The position numbers were made by a program, and so were the translations under genes. Of a DNA stretch of 64,000 nucleotides, positions 1-9,156 are shown piece by piece (positions within the stretch are counted from its first letter, which is position 1; every line of letters begins with the position of its first letter). Source of the DNA: an uncultured Verrucomicrobiae bacterium (GTDB lineage Bacteria; Verrucomicrobiota; Verrucomicrobiia; Chthoniobacterales; JAFAMB01); the NCBI GenBank assembly GCA_963837955.1, contig CAWIPH010000002.1:2144001-2208000 (forward strand), written 5' to 3'. The notes beneath the pieces were generated by a model, which saw only the letters and a program-made list of their open reading frames with translations, ran no database searches and was not told where the DNA came from.

Positions 1-20
1 TTCAGAAGGAGCAACCCCCC

Positions 21-977
21 ATGCTTAAAAAATTGAGTCTCTCTCTGCCGATTCTCGGCGCCATCGCGGTCCTCTTTAGCCCGGTGGCTAGTTCGGCCGC
101 AGACAAAGCGATCTACTATTGGGTTTCCCACGGCTCGCCGACTGATCCAGTCTGGACTTACTTCCTCCAAGGCGCGGAACAGTGGGGTAAGGACACTGGT
201 AACGAGGTTCGCACCTCCTTCCATAGCGGCGATGTTCCGTCGCAACAGGAGGCTGTCCGCGCGGCCATCTCCGCTAAGGCTCGAGGGATCGTCACCAGTA
301 CGCCTGATCCCGGAAGTCTGACCAAGGTCATTGCCGAGGCGCATGCCGCTGGCATTCCCGTCATCATCATGAACACCGAAGATAAGACCAGCGGTCGTGA
401 TGCTTACGTCGGCGGCGACAACGTGGCGATAGGCCATCGTTGGGCGCAGTATTTGGTCGATCACAACTTCGTTAAGAAAGGCGATTTCGTCTGGATGCCC
501 GTGGAAGTCCCGGGCGCGACCTACCAGACGCTCGAAACCCAAGGTATCGATACCGTGTTCAAACCGCTTGGCATAACCTACGAGATCACCGAAGCCAAAC
601 TCGATCAGGCTGAGATTATCACCCGGATGTCGGACTACCTGACAGCCAATCACAGCAAGATTAAAGCGATCATCGGTCTCGGTGACCTGGTGACCGGAAG
701 CATCAAGCGGGTGTTTGATCAGGTTAAAGTCAAGGCCGGTGAGATTCCGGTGGTCGGCTGGGGTAACTCGACCGATACCGCTCAGGAAGTCTTGGATGGT
801 TACGTTAATGCGGCAATGTGGCAGGATCCGCAGGCGACCAGCTATCTGGCCCTCTCCCTGTCAGCGATGACAGCGAGCGGCATACCGCCCGGGTTCGATG
901 TCAGCGTCGGCACGCTATACGAAAAGGACAAGGCTGCGACCTACCTGAAAATTATGCAGGGTACGGCGCACAAATAA
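21..977 (+). CDS. Sugar ABC transporter substrate-binding protein (RbsB-like periplasmic binding fold)
   Basis: Signal peptide; SHG..DPVWTYFLQGAEQWG and AYVGGDN motifs; first gene of an SBP-permease-ATPase operon. Confidence 0.9.
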   Translation: MLKKLSLSLPILGAIAVLFSPVASSAADKAIYYWVSHGSPTDPVWTYFLQGAEQWGKDTGNEVRTSFHSGDVPSQQEAVRAAISAKARGIVTSTPDPGSLTKVIAEAHAAGIPVIIMNTEDKTSGRDAYVGGDNVAIGHRWAQYLVDHNFVKKGDFVWMPVEVPGATYQTLETQGIDTVFKPLGITYEITEAKLDQAEIITRMSDYLTANHSKIKAIIGLGDLVTGSIKRVFDQVKVKAGEIPVVGWGNSTDTAQEVLDGYVNAAMWQDPQATSYLALSLSAMTASGIPPGFDVSVGTLYEKDKAATYLKIMQGTAHK

Positions 978-1055
978 TTGGGTGAAGTGTGCCGTCTCGT
1001 GTATCCCGACGATGTCGCCGCAGGCCCGTTTTGAACGCAACGACATCACCGGTCT

Positions 1056-2048
1056 ATGCGAGGCGGCACACTAACTTCGTTCCTGCAAAAGCTGGTCGCG
1101 AGACCCGAGTTCGGACCGTTTGTCCTGCTCGTGGGCGAAATTATCGCTTTCACCGCCCGATCGCCGGCATTCGTTTCGCCGGGTAACGTCAGCAATTTCC
1201 TGGCGTTCACCCCCGAGCTGGGGATGATCGCTCTGGGCATGACCCTGCTGATGATCTCCGGCGAATTCGATCTTTCCGTGGGCTCAGTGTTTGGCTTTAC
1301 GCCGATCGTGATGTGGACGTTCTACAACGCTCATATCACTTCTCTAGAGGTCGGCTTTCTGATCGCGATGGCGATCGCAGTGGTCATCGGTTTCGCTAAC
1401 GGTTGGTTGGTTACCCGCCTCAAGATCCCGTCATTCCTGGTCACGCTCGGCATGCTGCTGGTTGTGCGCGGAACCGCGCTCTACGTTACTAGCGGCTTCC
1501 CGCAAAGGACGTGGGCCGCCAACTCTCCCTTGATGGCGATTATCGTGGGCGAATTTTCGATCGGTGAGCTACGTATCCATACGTCGCTGCTCTGGTTCAT
1601 CCTGTTTGCGATCATCTTAGGCTATGTCCTGACACAGTCCAAAGCCGGCAATTGGATTCAGGCTGCCGGCGGCAATCCGGAGGCAGCGCGTGCGCGCGGT
1701 GTCCGCGTCGCACGAACCAAGGTTTTGCTGTTCATTTTGACGGCAGTCATCGCCGCCTATGCCGGTGTCACTAGCTCCATCCGAGTCTCGGCAGCGAACC
1801 CGAACAGTGGCACCCAATACGAGCTTGAGGTGATCGCGATGGTAGTAATTGGCGGCACAGCTCTCACCGGGGGTCGGGGCACGATCATCGGCACGGTCAT
1901 CGGCGTGCTGATCCTCCGGATGATGCAAAACGGCATTGTCATGATAGGCGTTCCAGGTCTCGCCTATAATATTTTTATCGGCGCGATTATACTGATCATG
2001 ATGGCGCTTCATTCCTGGCTCGAACGCAGGCACCATGCAGGGACTTAA
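1056..2048 (+). CDS. Sugar ABC transporter permease (RbsC-like)
   Basis: GEFDLSVGS, IPSFLVTLG, GGNPEAARARG and YELEVIAMVVIGGT motifs. Confidence 0.93.
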   Translation: MRGGTLTSFLQKLVARPEFGPFVLLVGEIIAFTARSPAFVSPGNVSNFLAFTPELGMIALGMTLLMISGEFDLSVGSVFGFTPIVMWTFYNAHITSLEVGFLIAMAIAVVIGFANGWLVTRLKIPSFLVTLGMLLVVRGTALYVTSGFPQRTWAANSPLMAIIVGEFSIGELRIHTSLLWFILFAIILGYVLTQSKAGNWIQAAGGNPEAARARGVRVARTKVLLFILTAVIAAYAGVTSSIRVSAANPNSGTQYELEVIAMVVIGGTALTGGRGTIIGTVIGVLILRMMQNGIVMIGVPGLAYNIFIGAIILIMMALHSWLERRHHAGT

Positions 2049-2052
2049 TTCT

Positions 2053-2808
2053 ATGGCAGACGAACTCGTTCGAATGGAGCACATCAACAAGTTTTTCGGC
2101 CGGGTGCAGGCCCTCAATGACGTCTCTTTATCCGTCCGCCGAAATGAAATCGTCGGTTTGCTGGGTGACAACGGCGCCGGCAAATCGACGCTGATAAAGA
2201 TCCTCTCAGGTGCGCTGAGGGCGGACAGCGGTGACATCTACATGCATGGCCGCAAGGTTGACATCCGCAATACGACCGACGCCATCGCCCAGGGAATCGA
2301 GACAATCTATCAAGACTCGGCGCTCGTGACGCAGCTCTCAATAGCGCGTAATCTGTTTCTGGGACGCGAGCCGGTTAAAGGGCCGCGTATCTTCGATCGA
2401 TTAGATCAGGATGCGATGAACGAGGTGGCGCGCCAGCTGCTCAAGCAAGTTGGCATCACGAAAGAGATTCCGCCCACCACTCCGGTCAATGCATTATCCG
2501 GTGGTGAGCGCCAGGCGGTGGCCATCGCTCGGGCGATGCACTTCGACAGCGATCTGATTATTCTCGACGAGCCGACGAACAATCTCGGTGTCGACGAGAC
2601 CAAAGGCGTACTGCGTTTCGTCCGCAGTGCCCGTGACTCGGGACATTCCTGCATCTTAATCGCCCATAATATTTATCACGTGTTTCAGGTGGTCGATCGT
2701 ATTGTCGTCCTGCGGCGAGGCAAGAAAGTCGCGGACGATATTGATCCGAAAAACACGACTATCGAGGCGGTTGAGAGCGTCATTACAGGTTTGACGATCA
2801 GCGGGTAA
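2053..2808 (+). CDS. Sugar ABC transporter ATP-binding protein
   Basis: Walker A GDNGAGKST, LSGGE signature, Walker B IILDEPT; start placed at ATG 2053, just after the permease stop. Confidence 0.93.
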   Translation: MADELVRMEHINKFFGRVQALNDVSLSVRRNEIVGLLGDNGAGKSTLIKILSGALRADSGDIYMHGRKVDIRNTTDAIAQGIETIYQDSALVTQLSIARNLFLGREPVKGPRIFDRLDQDAMNEVARQLLKQVGITKEIPPTTPVNALSGGERQAVAIARAMHFDSDLIILDEPTNNLGVDETKGVLRFVRSARDSGHSCILIAHNIYHVFQVVDRIVVLRRGKKVADDIDPKNTTIEAVESVITGLTISG

Positions 2809-3019
2809 CAATTTCCGCGATCGGAGTACAGGAATGCAGAATCTGGAATTTAGAATTTAGAAGCTCTGAACGAAGCGGCCTTTGGTAGCGTGATCCGCTT
2901 CGAGGCAGGAACAGCGGGGGGATAGCCGTGAACGTGAGGGGTGATGGTGAAAAGTGATTGCAGTGAAAGCTATCGGTGAATGCCAATCGGCAAATCCAAT
3001 CACGAATCACCATCCACCC

Positions 3020-4120
3020 TTACGCCGCCCGGGGCTGGCGGAAGCCCCGCAGCCGGAGGGCGTTTGTAGCGACACGAATTTCGTTGCGGAGGGTAGTAAG
3101 CATTTCGCGAGTCACTTCGAGCTGTCCTGTCTTCCGCTGTGTCCATTGTTGAGCGGCTTCTCGCAGATTATGGTAAACGCTCGCGATGTAAGCGGCGGCG
3201 GCGTCAGTCAGCCCAGGATTGGCGAGTGTTGCCTCGAGTCGGCGCTGTGCTTCGGCGAGCTCTGCCAGGACAATCTTTTCCGTGGGAACTCGGCGAAGCT
3301 TACTGACGAGGCCGACCGTTGATAGAACCCAGATGATCCATTTCGTCGGATCGATTTGCCAAGGTTTCACTCCATTCCGGTAATCATGCTGAAACTCGTG
3401 GTGATAGTTATGATACCCTTCGCCGAAGGTAAGTATGGCGAGGAGCCACGAGTCGCGGGCGCTGCATTTTGAAGAGTACGGTTGCGCTCCGAGGTAATGA
3501 CAGAGCGAATTGATGCAAAAGGTGCAGTGTTGCAGCACCACAACGCGCAGCACGCCCGCTATCAGGAAAGCGCCGAGGGCCGCTTTCCAACCTCCCCACA
3601 CAAAGCCGATGCTCGCCGGGAGCGCAAAAGCAACCAGGACGGCAATCAAATGAATGTGGCGATGTTGCCAGGTCAGGAGGGGATCCTTTTTGAGATCAGC
3701 CACATTATCAAAAGGGGGTAGCGGCTTGAGTTTGAACATCAACCAGCCCATGTGGGCGTAAAAAAGACCTTTGGTGATACAATAAGGATCTTCATCGTGA
3801 TCCACATGCTTATGGTGGCTGCGATGTTCGCAGGACCAAAGGAGTACAGAATTCTCAAAAGCTCCAGCTCCGAAAACAACCGTGAAGAGCCGAACAATCC
3901 AGTGAGCCTGGAAAGTTAAATGAGAAAAAAGTCGGTGGTACCCCAGCGTAATGGAGAATCCGCACGCACCAAGCATCGCGAAGAACAGTGCGATCTGAAA
4001 CCAGTCGATACCGAAAAACCAAAGGTACAAAGGAACTGCCGTGACCGACAGAAACAGGGTACCGATTAGAAATGAGCTAACGAGCCAATTGACACGATGA
4101 AAGGGTATTTGCGGAAACAT
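3020..4120 (-). CDS. Delta-9 acyl-CoA/acyl-lipid fatty acid desaturase
   Basis: His boxes GYHRLFSH, HRSHHKH, GEGYHNYHH; INSLCH; DPTKW. Confidence 0.93.
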   Translation of the reverse strand: MFPQIPFHRVNWLVSSFLIGTLFLSVTAVPLYLWFFGIDWFQIALFFAMLGACGFSITLGYHRLFSHLTFQAHWIVRLFTVVFGAGAFENSVLLWSCEHRSHHKHVDHDEDPYCITKGLFYAHMGWLMFKLKPLPPFDNVADLKKDPLLTWQHRHIHLIAVLVAFALPASIGFVWGGWKAALGAFLIAGVLRVVVLQHCTFCINSLCHYLGAQPYSSKCSARDSWLLAILTFGEGYHNYHHEFQHDYRNGVKPWQIDPTKWIIWVLSTVGLVSKLRRVPTEKIVLAELAEAQRRLEATLANPGLTDAAAAYIASVYHNLREAAQQWTQRKTGQLEVTREMLTTLRNEIRVATNALRLRGFRQPRAA

Positions 4121-4320
4121 AGTTTCGGTTTGTTGTTGGACCGACGCTTTTTCCGGGTCGGCTCAAATGAGTACTCCTTTCGAGGACTTCGGCCGTCGTA
4201 CCAATTACCTTCAGCCTCGCCTCATCCGGTTCGAGTGTGCCATATTTTTTTAAACGCTTAGCTGAAGTGTTTTGTATATGGCGCCGAATTACCTCTGATT
4301 TGGTCAGGGCGCGTTTCCTC

Positions 4321-4708
4321 GTTGGACCAAATCGTCCTGTCCTCGTGCTCGTCCTCGATTTGGCGTCGAATTACCCCTGATCGGGAGGGCGCGCGTCCTC
4401 GCGCGCCGTCATTGCTTCACCCAGCGACGAAAACCAGACGATGGAGCGCAGAGGTCACGATCATGGGTTAGGCGGCGGATTGCGGGGACGCAATCCCTCC
4501 CGGCGTGTCGTTGGACCAAATGTCTGTCGTCGTCCTCGTGCGCGTCCTCGATTTGCGTCGAATTACCCCTGATCGGGAGGGCGCGCGTCCTCGCGCGCCG
4601 TCGTTGCTTCACCCAGCGACGAAAACCAGACGATGAAGCGCAGAGGTCACGATCATGGGTTAGGCGGCGGATTGCGGGGACGCAATCCCTCCCGGCGTGC
4701 TCGTTGGA
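4321..4708. repeat. Tandem duplication (two units of about 190 bp), each holding a GGGAGGG...CCCTCCC REP-like doublet
   Basis: Units start with GTTGGACCAAAT at 4321 and 4510; near-identical internal elements at 4383-4501 and 4575-4693. Confidence 0.9.
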
Positions 4709-4978
4709 TCGCTCCGGGAATCGACGACGAGGACGAAAATCCGCCAAAAGCACGATGTTGAACATCAGTAGGGCAGAGCTACTGGCGAGATTAGCCGCAT
4801 CGAGAAATCTGAAAAATATTCGGTTCCGGTGCAACTTGGCAAGGCATACGCAAAGAGGTGAATAACTCTTCCAAAAGAGTATTGGTCGAAACCAGGTTGC
4901 TGACCGAATTGCTAATTGCTGGTCGGCGATTAGACCACAGCACCGACTTGTCTGCCGATACAAGGCTTACGACATCCC

Positions 4979-5437
4979 ATGAGTTACGATAGTACGATAG
5001 ATACAACCTTGCACATCAACCGGGTGCGCTTCCTCCTCGGTCAATGTGCCATCATTCTTTTAGAACGCGGAGCGAAACACGACTCCTCGAAATTAGAAGA
5101 ACCGGAGAAAGCAATTTTTGATGCAGTCGGCAATCGACTCGCCGTCATCACCTACGAGGGAGAAGAATATAAGCATTCGCTCGCTGATCTGAAGAAGGCT
5201 CTTGATCATCACTACGCCCACAATCCCCATCATCCAGAGCACCATCCAAACGGTGTCGACGGTATGTCGCTTTTCGATCTCACTGAAATGTTAATGGACT
5301 GGAAAGCGGCCAGCGAGCGGCATCCGGGCGGGATGAACATTAGTCGCTCGATAGAAATTAGCAGCGAACGGTTTTCGGTGAGTGAACAGTTAAAAAAGAT
5401 CTTGATGAACACGGCGAAGGAGATCGGCTGGGTTTGA
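4979..5437 (+). CDS. DUF5662-like protein (HD-like His/Asp-rich putative metal-dependent hydrolase)
   Basis: H..RV, HDSSK, HHYAHNPHHPEH, EMLMDWKAA pattern. Confidence 0.75.
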   Translation: MSYDSTIDTTLHINRVRFLLGQCAIILLERGAKHDSSKLEEPEKAIFDAVGNRLAVITYEGEEYKHSLADLKKALDHHYAHNPHHPEHHPNGVDGMSLFDLTEMLMDWKAASERHPGGMNISRSIEISSERFSVSEQLKKILMNTAKEIGWV

Positions 5438-5497
5438 TTATCACAGAAGCGAACAGCCAAAGGCGACCGTCCAATTTATCTACTCTGATCTCCCGAT

Positions 5498-5758
5498 CTA
5501 ATAGCCATCATTAAAGGTACGGACGTAAGACGCCCGTGGAATTCCCTTTGTCAGATTGGCTATGTCGCAGTGCAGTCCATTACAAATCTTGCAGAGGACG
5601 GCGAAAGTCAGATTTCGTTCGCCCCGCTCGACTCCTCCCAAATAACTCCTGTTCAGTCCACAATCCTTGGCAAAGCCGTTTTGGCTAAACCCCAGAACCT
5701 TACGCTCAGCCTGAATTCTGCGGCCCAACCTTAGGAGCTCGACTTTGTCATTTGCCAT
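5498..5758 (-). CDS. XRE-family helix-turn-helix regulator
   Basis: LGRRIQAERKVLGFSQ...LNRSYLGGVERGERNLT; start taken at ATG 5758. Confidence 0.88.
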   Translation of the reverse strand: MANDKVELLRLGRRIQAERKVLGFSQNGFAKDCGLNRSYLGGVERGERNLTFAVLCKICNGLHCDIANLTKGIPRASYVRTFNDGY

Positions 5759-6071
5759 ATTTGGAATCCTACTTATCACATAACCTTCTTCGGTCAGAAA
5801 CGATTGATTTGGCCCTCAGTGTCCCTTTGCGTTCAACGTTTGCCTGATTCCTGACGCAAGGGCGGACTCATTGGGCAAAGAGGCGTTTATCTCCTAGAGC
5901 TCAATCGCCCCGGTTCAGGAAGTTTCCCTATACTCTTTTTGAAGCGTTCCCCGTTGCTTTCCGTTATAGCGAAAGGTATGGTTCGTAGAAGGATCTTTCT
6001 GTGCTCGGGTTGGCTCAACGACTCCGGGTGAAGCGATGGCCCAAACGCGGGCGGACAGACCCGAGTCAGTA

Positions 6072-6983
6072 ATGAAACTTCGCCACCTGGAATACTTTGT
6101 CGCTGCTGCTGAGGAGTTGAATTTTACCCACGCCGCCGATCGGCTGCACGTGTCGCAACCGCCCTTCAGCAAACAAATCCAAGACCTGGAGGGAGAGCTC
6201 GGAGTTAACCTGTTCCAGCGAGAACGGAAAGGAGTAGCACTGACCGCAGCTGGAAAAGCGTTTTTGATTGATGCGCGCGGGATCTTGGAGGCCTGCGATC
6301 AGGCTGTGAAAAAAGCCCAGCGCATCAACAGAGGAGAGCTCGGAGAGTTAGCTGTTGGTCATATGGCGGCCTTAACCCACGAGTTTCTAGGCCCAGCACT
6401 TGAGCTATGGCAGAAGGTTTCGCCCGGAATCGTCATCGACTGCGTAGAGATGGACCCGGAAGCCCAAGAACGCGCGTTGCTGGACGGGCGCATCGCAGTG
6501 GGCATCTTAGTCCTGAGCAATCGGCCAATCCTTGAATTGTTGAGAGTTCAGCTGCTGATGGAGCACCCGGTCACGGTCGCATTGCCAAAATCCCACCCGC
6601 AAGCAGTCTTACCGAAAATCCGTTTGCCGGTTCTCAAAGAACAACCTTTCATTGGCTTAAATCGGATGTACCCCGCGTACAGTGATTGGTTGCACACCGT
6701 ATGCCAGCAATCAGGGTTCGCTCCACGCATTGTGAGAGAAGCAGACGGGGCGGCAAGTGCCCTCGCTCTGGTCGCGGCTGGCTTTGGCGTCGCCCTAGTG
6801 AGCCAGCCGATTAAAAAGTTTCCCGCCAGACATGTTGTTTTCAGAGATTTGGTGGCGCCGCGACCCGTAAGGATACCGCTCGGGGCCGTATGGAAGAAAA
6901 ACGGACTCTATTCCGGAATCGTTTCTAAGTTTGTGACGACCTTAACCCAAGTCTGCGCCGCCAACGGCCCGACTGGTTCGTGA
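6072..6983 (+). CDS. LysR-family transcriptional regulator
   Basis: MKLRHLEYFVAAAEELNFTHAADRLHVSQPPFSKQIQDLE; the upstream ATG at 6036 is an alternative start. Confidence 0.95.
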   Translation: MKLRHLEYFVAAAEELNFTHAADRLHVSQPPFSKQIQDLEGELGVNLFQRERKGVALTAAGKAFLIDARGILEACDQAVKKAQRINRGELGELAVGHMAALTHEFLGPALELWQKVSPGIVIDCVEMDPEAQERALLDGRIAVGILVLSNRPILELLRVQLLMEHPVTVALPKSHPQAVLPKIRLPVLKEQPFIGLNRMYPAYSDWLHTVCQQSGFAPRIVREADGAASALALVAAGFGVALVSQPIKKFPARHVVFRDLVAPRPVRIPLGAVWKKNGLYSGIVSKFVTTLTQVCAANGPTGS

Positions 6984-6992
6984 AAAACGAAA

Positions 6993-7141
6993 GTAGCCTG
7001 ATGCTTCCTCCTTCGTTTCCCCCCAAAACTACGGCGGACAAGCCAGCCTCAGAGAGCCAATGTGGTTGGCTTGGGGTATCGAGAATCGACGGTCTTGCAC
7101 TCTCATAGCCCTGGGTTCCTGAGCCCGGAGGATCAGGCTAC
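6993..7141. repeat. GTAGCCTGA...TCAGGCTAC REP-like inverted doublet
   Basis: GTAG-led inverted ends; the same ends occur at 7826-7990 and 13587-14279. Confidence 0.8.
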
Positions 7142-7164
7142 ACGCACAAACGAACGCGCGGTTC

Positions 7165-7401
7165 CTAATCGGTTCTGCGAAGCGGAAACGCTTCGCCCGC
7201 CTTGAATCCGGGATCCTTGCGGTAATCAAGCGTAAGCCAGCTTTTAGTGAGAGAGCTTCCGAAGGAGCCGCAGTAGGGATTCTTCTTGAATCTCAGTCTT
7301 TCGAACGGCCCCCGAAACTCAGAAGGCACCAATTCGATAATGAGACGATATTGGGCGCCGTATTTCTCGGTCGATAAGACCTTTGCGTGAATCGATGTCA
7401 T
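7165..7401 (-). CDS. Hypothetical protein (78 aa)
   Basis: ATG start, protein-like composition, lies between two REP doublets. Confidence 0.55.
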   Translation of the reverse strand: MTSIHAKVLSTEKYGAQYRLIIELVPSEFRGPFERLRFKKNPYCGSFGSSLTKSWLTLDYRKDPGFKAGEAFPLRRTD

Positions 7402-7414
7402 GTTAGTAGCCGCC

Positions 7415-7576
7415 TTAGTTGTTCGAAGATTGCTCCTCAGAAGAGTCTCTTCCGCCTTCCGCGATCATTCGATCGATTTCGTTAGCAATTTCCTCAGCTT
7501 CCCAGAGAGGCTGAATGTCTGTTGTTCCGCAGGCGGTGACGGAGGCTTGCTCATTTTGATCTGTGGACTCGGTCAT
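7415..7576 (-). CDS. Small acidic hypothetical protein (53 aa, not in ORF track)
   Basis: Manual translation MTESTDQNEQASVTACGTTDIQPLWEAEEIANEIDRMIAEGGRDSSEEQSSNN; AGGAAG upstream; ends 13 bp before the next ATG. Confidence 0.45.
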   Translation of the reverse strand: MTESTDQNEQASVTACGTTDIQPLWEAEEIANEIDRMIAEGGRDSSEEQSSNN

Positions 7577-7825
7577 TTACAACTTCCTAGGCTCGAGAGG
7601 ATCGTCTTGCCTTTCGCCACGTTTCTTTCAGCCACGCCTAGTTGAGATTCGCCCCAATCGGAGAATCACTATCTGCCAGCAACACTCTCGCCCGGATCGC
7701 TGAGCTTCTCCTATACCGTTCTCGAAGCGTTGCCGTTGCTTGCGAGTATGACGGCAGTCGGCAGAGGTTGTCCAGCGCCGCGCATCTGAGTCAAATAAGG
7801 AAGCTCTGGATCAGCCCCAAAAGCA

Positions 7826-7990
7826 GTAGCCTGATCCTCCTGGCTCAGGACCCATTACGCTGCGATTGTGCAGAGGTGAATGACGAACGCCTATCGGCAA
7901 ATCCTTGGCAGAAATCTCTCACCGCCCTTCACCAATGACTAAATGCCTCCGATCACCGACACGCTCCCTGAGGCTGGAGCATCAGGCTAC
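7826..7990. repeat. GTAGCCTGA...TCAGGCTAC REP-like inverted doublet
   Basis: GTAGCCTGATCCTCCTGGCTCAG ... CTGAGGCTGGAGCATCAGGCTAC. Confidence 0.8.
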
Positions 7991-8046
7991 TGTTGCTTTG
8001 GGGGACTGATCCAGCGCTCCACAAGAATGGCTTCGTAACAAATTCG

Positions 8047-8700
8047 TCACTTTTTCGCTAGAATCCCGTAGGAAAGATCCGAGAACCGTTTGGTCTCTAC
8101 CTGAAAGCCGAGCTCGGTGAGATCCCTTAACGTAACATCAATCGGCCAGAAAAATTCTTCCTGGAGCGCTTGAGCAGTCTTCGTGTCTCCGCTGAGCAGG
8201 TATTCCTGGATCTTTGCTGCTTTCTCCTCCCTGTTCGGGAGCATCAGGTCACCAAACACGGTGCGCCCACCCGGAACCAAAGCGGCAAAGACTTTCTCAA
8301 ATAGGGTGCGTTTCTCATCATCGGTCAGATGATGAACGGCATAGGTGCTGATAACGGAATCAAAAGCCGCATTCTCGTGTTCAAACACTTCAAGAATGTC
8401 ACCTTTGATGAATCGCCGATTCGGGACATGAGCCGTCTTCAATCGCGCGATAGCCTCCATCTGTTCCGACAGATCGACGCAGACCAATTCGGCACACTGA
8501 GGGATCAGACAGGAGAGATTGCCGGTCCCAGAGCCGAGCTCGAGCACTCTCGAGCTGGGGCTAATGCGTGCTTCCTGTATCACCCACGCAAGAACATCGT
8601 GATAGCCCGCTCGGATCGGGTCTTTCTCGTTCCGAACGTCAGCATCATAGCCTTCGGCCTCATCATCATGATTGAAAACTTCGCCGTGTGCGCTTCGCAT
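8047..8700 (-). CDS. Class I SAM-dependent methyltransferase
   Basis: VLELGSGTG motif I; FDSVISTYAVHHL; LVPGG. Confidence 0.92.
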   Translation of the reverse strand: MRSAHGEVFNHDDEAEGYDADVRNEKDPIRAGYHDVLAWVIQEARISPSSRVLELGSGTGNLSCLIPQCAELVCVDLSEQMEAIARLKTAHVPNRRFIKGDILEVFEHENAAFDSVISTYAVHHLTDDEKRTLFEKVFAALVPGGRTVFGDLMLPNREEKAAKIQEYLLSGDTKTAQALQEEFFWPIDVTLRDLTELGFQVETKRFSDLSYGILAKK

Positions 8701-9156
8701 ATTGAATGTCTCCCGCTTTTCGAACTCGCGAAATACAGTGAGCTCTTAGACGCCGTCTCTCAAACGAGAAAGATACTATCTCCGGAGCCTTTGTGATTTG
8801 TGTGTTCCTCTTGCGGCCACGGCTATGCATTCGCTGCTCACTCGGACGCTCCGGGCGTCCCAACTCTCCTGACATAGGGTTGTCAGTGCGTTTGCCTACC
8901 TATTCGCGGTACTCGGACGGCCGCGGTGTTCCACGCGATTGGTTGGTCCGAACCCCCCAGCAAAAGCGGAATTATCATGAGGTATTACATGAACAAGTCC
9001 ATTCTTGGCATTAGTGAGATAGTCGGCACTTGCAATAGAAGTACGATTTGCTTTTATGTTGCGGGCAACTGGGCAAAACCACCAGATCTTGCCAGGGAGG
9101 ATGATCACTGGCGCTTGGTTCGGTGGCCGAAACTTTCATATGGATGGAAAAGGATT

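Noticed and set aside
4321..4708. Possible CRISPR array and the 184-aa ORF 4409-4963
   Set aside because: Only two long near-identical units, no unique spacers and no cas genes; the ORF is translated repeat.
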